DNA of 64,000 nucleotides. Source: Actinomycetota bacterium (GTDB taxonomy: Bacteria > Actinomycetota > UBA4738 > JBBDHU01). This document shows positions 60,155-64,000 of this stretch, in pieces (within the stretch, counting starts at the first letter, position 1; each line of letters starts with the position of its first letter). The notes under the pieces are model-generated. The model had not been told where the DNA came from and ran no database searches. It saw only the letters and a program-made list of their open reading frames with translations. The position numbers and the translations under genes are program-made. The stretch is taken from contig JBBDIK010000012.1 in assembly GCA_040880465.1 (NCBI GenBank), positions 116,469 through 180,468 of the forward strand. Reading direction: 5' to 3'.

Positions 60155-62990
60155 CGTGCCGATCGATGACGTCGTTCGCCAGATCCGCGACACCATTACG
60201 CGTGGTGATGAGGCGCAGTACTTCTTCCAACAGCTGAAGTCACCGGACTGGCTAGCCCCTTTGAAGCGCGCGGGCTTCTTTGACGCCCTCCCTCCACTCG
60301 AGGAACTACCCGAGGGATACGTCCGTTTCCCAACCTGGCCAGCTGCGGGATACCTAGAGAGGATGGCCCAGCTTGCGCCGGGCGAAGTTGCGGAAATCAT
60401 TCTCAATCTTGGCCTCACCAAGAACGCCCGGGCCATCGCTGGTGTCGTTGAGGTCGCGCTCGCGCTTCCTCCTGATCGAGCAGGACGAGTCGCACCGATG
60501 GCAAGTGTCTGGTTGGAACAATCAGCACAGCTGTATGTGCCGGATGCTCTTGGCAAGCTCATGGCTTACTTGGCCAAGGCGGGAGAGATACGAGGGGCTC
60601 GGCAAGTGGCTGAAGCCTTGTTGTTCCTGGAGAGATCTCCCGACATCCAGATCGGGGATGGTCTGACGATGCCGGCGCACGCCAGGGTGCGGTTCGCCAA
60701 ACACGACCTAGCCGAAATCCTGGAAACGAGTTTCGCTGACTTGGCACGCGCTGATCCCATCCCGACCGTTCAACTTCTAGCCACCAAGTTGGCCTTGGCG
60801 ATACGCCTCCCGCGCGAAAAGGAGCTCCGGAGCGCATACGAGGACTACTCGTACATATGGAAATCGGATCTGCGTGCGCCAGACAACGACCATGAGGTAG
60901 AAGGCTATTTGGTAAGTGCCGTTCTCGCCATATCGCGAATGGTCGTCGAAAGTGATCCGGGCGCGCTGTCATCAATAGTCGACCTTCTTTGGGTTGAAGA
61001 GCTCCTCATTCACGATCGGGTGGCGACGCTTCTCGTGGCCGAGCTGGCGCCAGAGGGAGATCCGCTGCTGACTCAAACCCTTTCCCGTCCACGGCTCGCT
61101 GAGAACTCACATCTCTGGGAAGAGGTTGAGCAGCTGGTGGCTCGACTCAGTGAAGTACCAAAGGATGCGCGAGACACTTTTGTTGCTCGGCTTCTCTGGG
61201 TTGAGCCCGAATCAATTGACGAGGATGCTGACGATGAGCTGCGCCAGCGTGTTTCGCTCCGAGCCGACCGTTCATTGACGATCAAGTTGGGGTCCCTGCC
61301 AGCCAGCTTCCTCACCCCCGAGCAACACCGCGATCTTGAGAATGCGCAAGGCCGTCTGAGCGCCTACCGATCAACACTGCCCGGCGAGCTCGAAGGAGAC
61401 AAGGCTCTGCACGATGCAGCAGAGAGCCTTGGAGGCCTGACACCCGCGGAGGTCATCGCGCTTATTGAGGAGGTCGATGCTGCAAGTCCTGTGACCCAAG
61501 ATGCCCTCGAACATCTGGGGGACGCATTCACCGCACGGGTAGCCAGCGATGCGCCCGCCTTCTCCGGTTTGGCCCAGCAGCTTGAGGGGCTCTCCCCCCT
61601 GGCTGTTCAGAGCTTCATGCGGGGCCTGCGTCAGTCGGAGGCTGACGAACCACTTTCATGGAGACCACTCCTTTCACTCATGGCATGGGTAGTTGATCAG
61701 CCCCGAGCTGACTCTGAGGCAAGGCGGTCGCACCCCGACATCGATCCCGGCTGGGCCTGGACCCGCGACACCGCCATTGACCTTGTCGATGATGCGTTGC
61801 GCAAGCCGGCATCCCGTCCCCGTGACATGGACGATGTTCGTGAACCGTTTTGGGGAGTCATACGGCTCCTGGCCGATGATCCGGATCCCGATTCAGATCG
61901 CGACAAGGAAGTGATGGAGCGGTCGCGGGAGCACCGAGCTGTGGGCGGACCGGCGGCCGAACTGTCCATCAACTCAATCCGAGGGCGGGCACTGCACGCG
62001 GCGTTCAACTATCTTCGCTGGATTATCGAGAGCGACGAGCCATCGGCCAAGGGCGCGACGTTGAGTTTCCTCGCGCCCGGGCTGCTGTCTCTCGTTGAGG
62101 AGAAGCTTGAAACCGACCCGTCACCTGCCGTTCGGTCGGTGATCGGAACGAACATGGTTCTACTCGACTGGGTAGATCCAGTGTGGGTGCAGGATTCCAG
62201 GGAGAAGGTCTTTAGTCGTAGCGGCACGGGGTTGGATGTGCTCGGGCAAGCCGCCTGGGACAGCTTCATCACATTCACTCGAAATCCCGGGCGCCTTTTC
62301 TCCACCTTGCAAACCGAGTTTGAGATTGCGGTTCAGGCGCTCGATGCCGCAGCGGATTCGCGCAGGGATCGCGAGTCACCCGCGGCCAATCTGGGTCAAC
62401 ACATCGTGGTCAGATACTGGTTCGGTGACCTTTCGCTGGATTCGCCTTTCATCGAGGGCTACTTCGAGCGGGCGGCGGGTGGCGACAGGGCCAATGCCCT
62501 GACATTCATCGGTCGAAACCTGAAGTTGGCGGAACCTGAGGTCGTCCAGCGGGTCATAGAGCTATGGGAGTGGCGTCGTAGCGCAATCGCCTTCGACACG
62601 GCAGCCCCCGACGGCTATCGACAAGAACTAGCGGCATTTGGCTGGTGGGCAAAGGCACCCAACCTTGACGCCGGGTGGGTAGTGGATCAGCTTCTCTTCG
62701 TGACGAGCCTGGGTGTATCCCCAGATCTTGAGCATCTCGTGACCCAGCGCCTCGTCGAGGCAGTCCACGACTTCCCGCTTTCCGTCGCTCAAGTGACGGA
62801 ACACATCATCATCAACGACCGGGATGCCTGGCTATTTCAGGGGCCGATCGACGACTTCACAGTCATCCTCTCGGCGCTTGCCGATACGCGACCCAGCGAA
62901 GCATGGAGCATCGGCTACGGCGTGGCCAACAGGCTTGTAGCGATGGGCAACAAGTCGCTCATGCGGTTTGCCGCGACCCCAAATGAGTAA
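60147..62990 (+). CDS. large (947 aa) all-alpha repeat-like hypothetical protein (gene 2)
   Basis: Uninterrupted 2.8-kb ORF with clearly different codon usage (many A/T-ending codons). No Walker A, HExxH, DEDD, PD-(D/E)xK or other motif recognised. The N-terminus is YFFQQLKSPDWLAPLKRAGFF. Confidence 0.7.
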   Translation: MGSVPIDDVVRQIRDTITRGDEAQYFFQQLKSPDWLAPLKRAGFFDALPPLEELPEGYVRFPTWPAAGYLERMAQLAPGEVAEIILNLGLTKNARAIAGVVEVALALPPDRAGRVAPMASVWLEQSAQLYVPDALGKLMAYLAKAGEIRGARQVAEALLFLERSPDIQIGDGLTMPAHARVRFAKHDLAEILETSFADLARADPIPTVQLLATKLALAIRLPREKELRSAYEDYSYIWKSDLRAPDNDHEVEGYLVSAVLAISRMVVESDPGALSSIVDLLWVEELLIHDRVATLLVAELAPEGDPLLTQTLSRPRLAENSHLWEEVEQLVARLSEVPKDARDTFVARLLWVEPESIDEDADDELRQRVSLRADRSLTIKLGSLPASFLTPEQHRDLENAQGRLSAYRSTLPGELEGDKALHDAAESLGGLTPAEVIALIEEVDAASPVTQDALEHLGDAFTARVASDAPAFSGLAQQLEGLSPLAVQSFMRGLRQSEADEPLSWRPLLSLMAWVVDQPRADSEARRSHPDIDPGWAWTRDTAIDLVDDALRKPASRPRDMDDVREPFWGVIRLLADDPDPDSDRDKEVMERSREHRAVGGPAAELSINSIRGRALHAAFNYLRWIIESDEPSAKGATLSFLAPGLLSLVEEKLETDPSPAVRSVIGTNMVLLDWVDPVWVQDSREKVFSRSGTGLDVLGQAAWDSFITFTRNPGRLFSTLQTEFEIAVQALDAAADSRRDRESPAANLGQHIVVRYWFGDLSLDSPFIEGYFERAAGGDRANALTFIGRNLKLAEPEVVQRVIELWEWRRSAIAFDTAAPDGYRQELAAFGWWAKAPNLDAGWVVDQLLFVTSLGVSPDLEHLVTQRLVEAVHDFPLSVAQVTEHIIINDRDAWLFQGPIDDFTVILSALADTRPSEAWSIGYGVANRLVAMGNKSLMRFAATPNE

Positions 62991-63807
62991 CAAGGATCAC
63001 CGACGCTTCTTGCGGCTGAAGGCCACGCGGCGTGGCTACTTCGAGAATGCGGCCGAACGGCTGGCCGACGCCGGGAGGCTCCACCTGGACCTAGAGGTTG
63101 GATCCTTCGATACCTCCATCGTCGTGCACGGCTCCGCCGATGGCGCAGGGGAAGGTTGGGTCGAGGCTAGGGGGAACACGTGGGGATCTGGCGTTCAGGT
63201 TGAGTGGGAGACGCGGGAAGAGCTCATCGAGATCCTCGCAAACGACCTGATGGGCTCTGCCGCCAACTTTCCAGGGGTGGGCGAACGCATCCCCTTGGAT
63301 CCCATGGACCCGGATTCCGTCGGTAGCCGAGGCGAGCCATCTGGTAGCCGCTTCCGCAATCTTTTCGACGAGGCCGATGCGCTCTCTCGCGCAGGTCTCG
63401 ATCCCAGTGAAGTTGTGCTTGAGGTTGGGAGATGTGCAGACATCACCACGTTCGGGGACCTGGACACGGCGGGTGCCTCATGGGTGTATGTCATGGTCAC
63501 CGACACGTCGCTTCGTTGGCTTCCGCTCGGATCTCCGGAAACGCCTGCGGTTCTCGCCCTCGATGCCGTGGAGTCTCCTGTCGATGCTCGGTGGCGCCAG
63601 CGCTGCGCCTTGGTGTTGCGACACGAGGAGCTCATCAGAACGCACCTGTCTGCTGATCACGATTGGGTGACTGGGCCCTTGAAGTTGGTAGTTCTGGCTT
63701 TCTCCCACGCGCACACCAAGGCCGCAGACGCCTTGCGGGCCCAGCTGGAAGCTCGGAGCATGCACGTCGAGATTCTCGATCTGCCTAGTTCGGGGCTTCC
63801 GAAGTAG
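62983..63807 (+). CDS. hypothetical protein (gene 3)
   Basis: 274 aa from ATG 62983, an 8-nt overlap (ATGAGTAA) with gene 2. Alternative TTG start at 62968. No family recognised. Confidence 0.6.
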   Translation: MSNKDHRRFLRLKATRRGYFENAAERLADAGRLHLDLEVGSFDTSIVVHGSADGAGEGWVEARGNTWGSGVQVEWETREELIEILANDLMGSAANFPGVGERIPLDPMDPDSVGSRGEPSGSRFRNLFDEADALSRAGLDPSEVVLEVGRCADITTFGDLDTAGASWVYVMVTDTSLRWLPLGSPETPAVLALDAVESPVDARWRQRCALVLRHEELIRTHLSADHDWVTGPLKLVVLAFSHAHTKAADALRAQLEARSMHVEILDLPSSGLPK

Positions 63808-63866
63808 CCAACACCCACCCTGGGTTTTGCGTTTCAGCAGATCATCCCCATAGACCCAATCTCATC

Positions 63867-63896
63867 TTGACGGATGTCGGACCCTCGGCGTATCGT
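63867..63896 (+). promoter_or_regulatory. promoter TTGACG-18-TATCGT
   Basis: A good sigma-70-type -35/-10 pair lies in the intergenic region after the three-gene operon. Confidence 0.55.
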
Positions 63897-63906
63897 TCAA
63901 GGTCCA

Positions 63907-63922
63907 TCGAACATACGTTCGA
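63907..63922 (+). promoter_or_regulatory. perfect LexA/SOS box TCGAAC-ATAC-GTTCGA
   Basis: 12/12 match to the actinobacterial SOS box consensus TCGAAC-N4-GTTCGA. It begins 10 nt downstream of the -10 hexamer. Confidence 0.75.
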
Positions 63923-63972
63923 TTCCCCGAGACGGCAGGCCTGGAGGCAGGCACGAGCAGGAAGGGCGGGGG

Positions 63973-64000
63973 ATGGCGAAGCGATACGACGACGACGTCC
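63973..64000 (+). CDS. 5' end of an SOS-regulated gene (MAKRYDDDV...), identity unknown; continues beyond window
   Basis: ATG 63973 is preceded by a purine-rich GGAAGGGCGGGGG stretch. Only 9 codons are visible. Confidence 0.3.

Overview
High-GC, Actinomycetota-like chromosomal window with about 60 tightly packed protein genes. Many neighbouring genes have 1-8 nt start/stop overlaps, and several start codons sit 6-8 nt after a TAnnnT hexamer, which looks leaderless. No rRNA, tRNA, CRISPR array, transposase or integrase was found.

Core content, left to right:
- korAB (2-oxoglutarate:ferredoxin oxidoreductase), cysteine desulfurase, aquaporin, a receiver-domain gene chain, and a thiolase.
- An SOS-box-controlled DEDD-exonuclease/GIY-YIG gene whose reading frame is broken.
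- A large folate/one-carbon block: ygfZ, 5-formyl-THF cyclo-ligase, two tandem GcvT-family genes, fhs, fdhD, an NAD-type formate dehydrogenase and mobA.
- A secreted delta-60-repeat protein, plsC, a MacB-type ABC exporter, a phosphofructokinase, and a copper P-type ATPase.
- Two double-GNAT genes, pknB, and a TPP-riboswitch-controlled thiG-thiH-thiS-thiE operon.
- A UDP-sulfoquinovose synthase cluster, an ornithine cyclodeaminase/aminotransferase/F420-LLM group, a VapBC module and a monomeric sarcosine-oxidase-type gene.

Most notable observations:
1. The formate dehydrogenase catalytic gene has an in-frame TGA at the active-site position, followed by a SECIS-like hairpin, so it is a probable selenoprotein.
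2. The same enzyme's alpha subunit is split at the Fe4S4-domain boundary, and the two halves are encoded in reversed order around a NuoE-NuoF fusion gene.
3. A lower-GC, translationally coupled three-gene operon of unknown function lies at 59.5-63.8 kb. It includes a 947-aa all-helical protein and sits between a TA module and an SOS-regulated promoter. It is the best candidate for an undescribed accessory or defence-type system.
4. A conserved ~40-bp twin-palindrome element (GTTCCA-N5-TGGAAC, two copies) occurs at two distant 3'-UTR positions.
5. The sulfoquinovose cluster is paired with polyprenyl-phosphate-type transferases rather than a lipid SQDG synthase.

All functional calls rest on motif and family recognition by eye. 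No database search was run.
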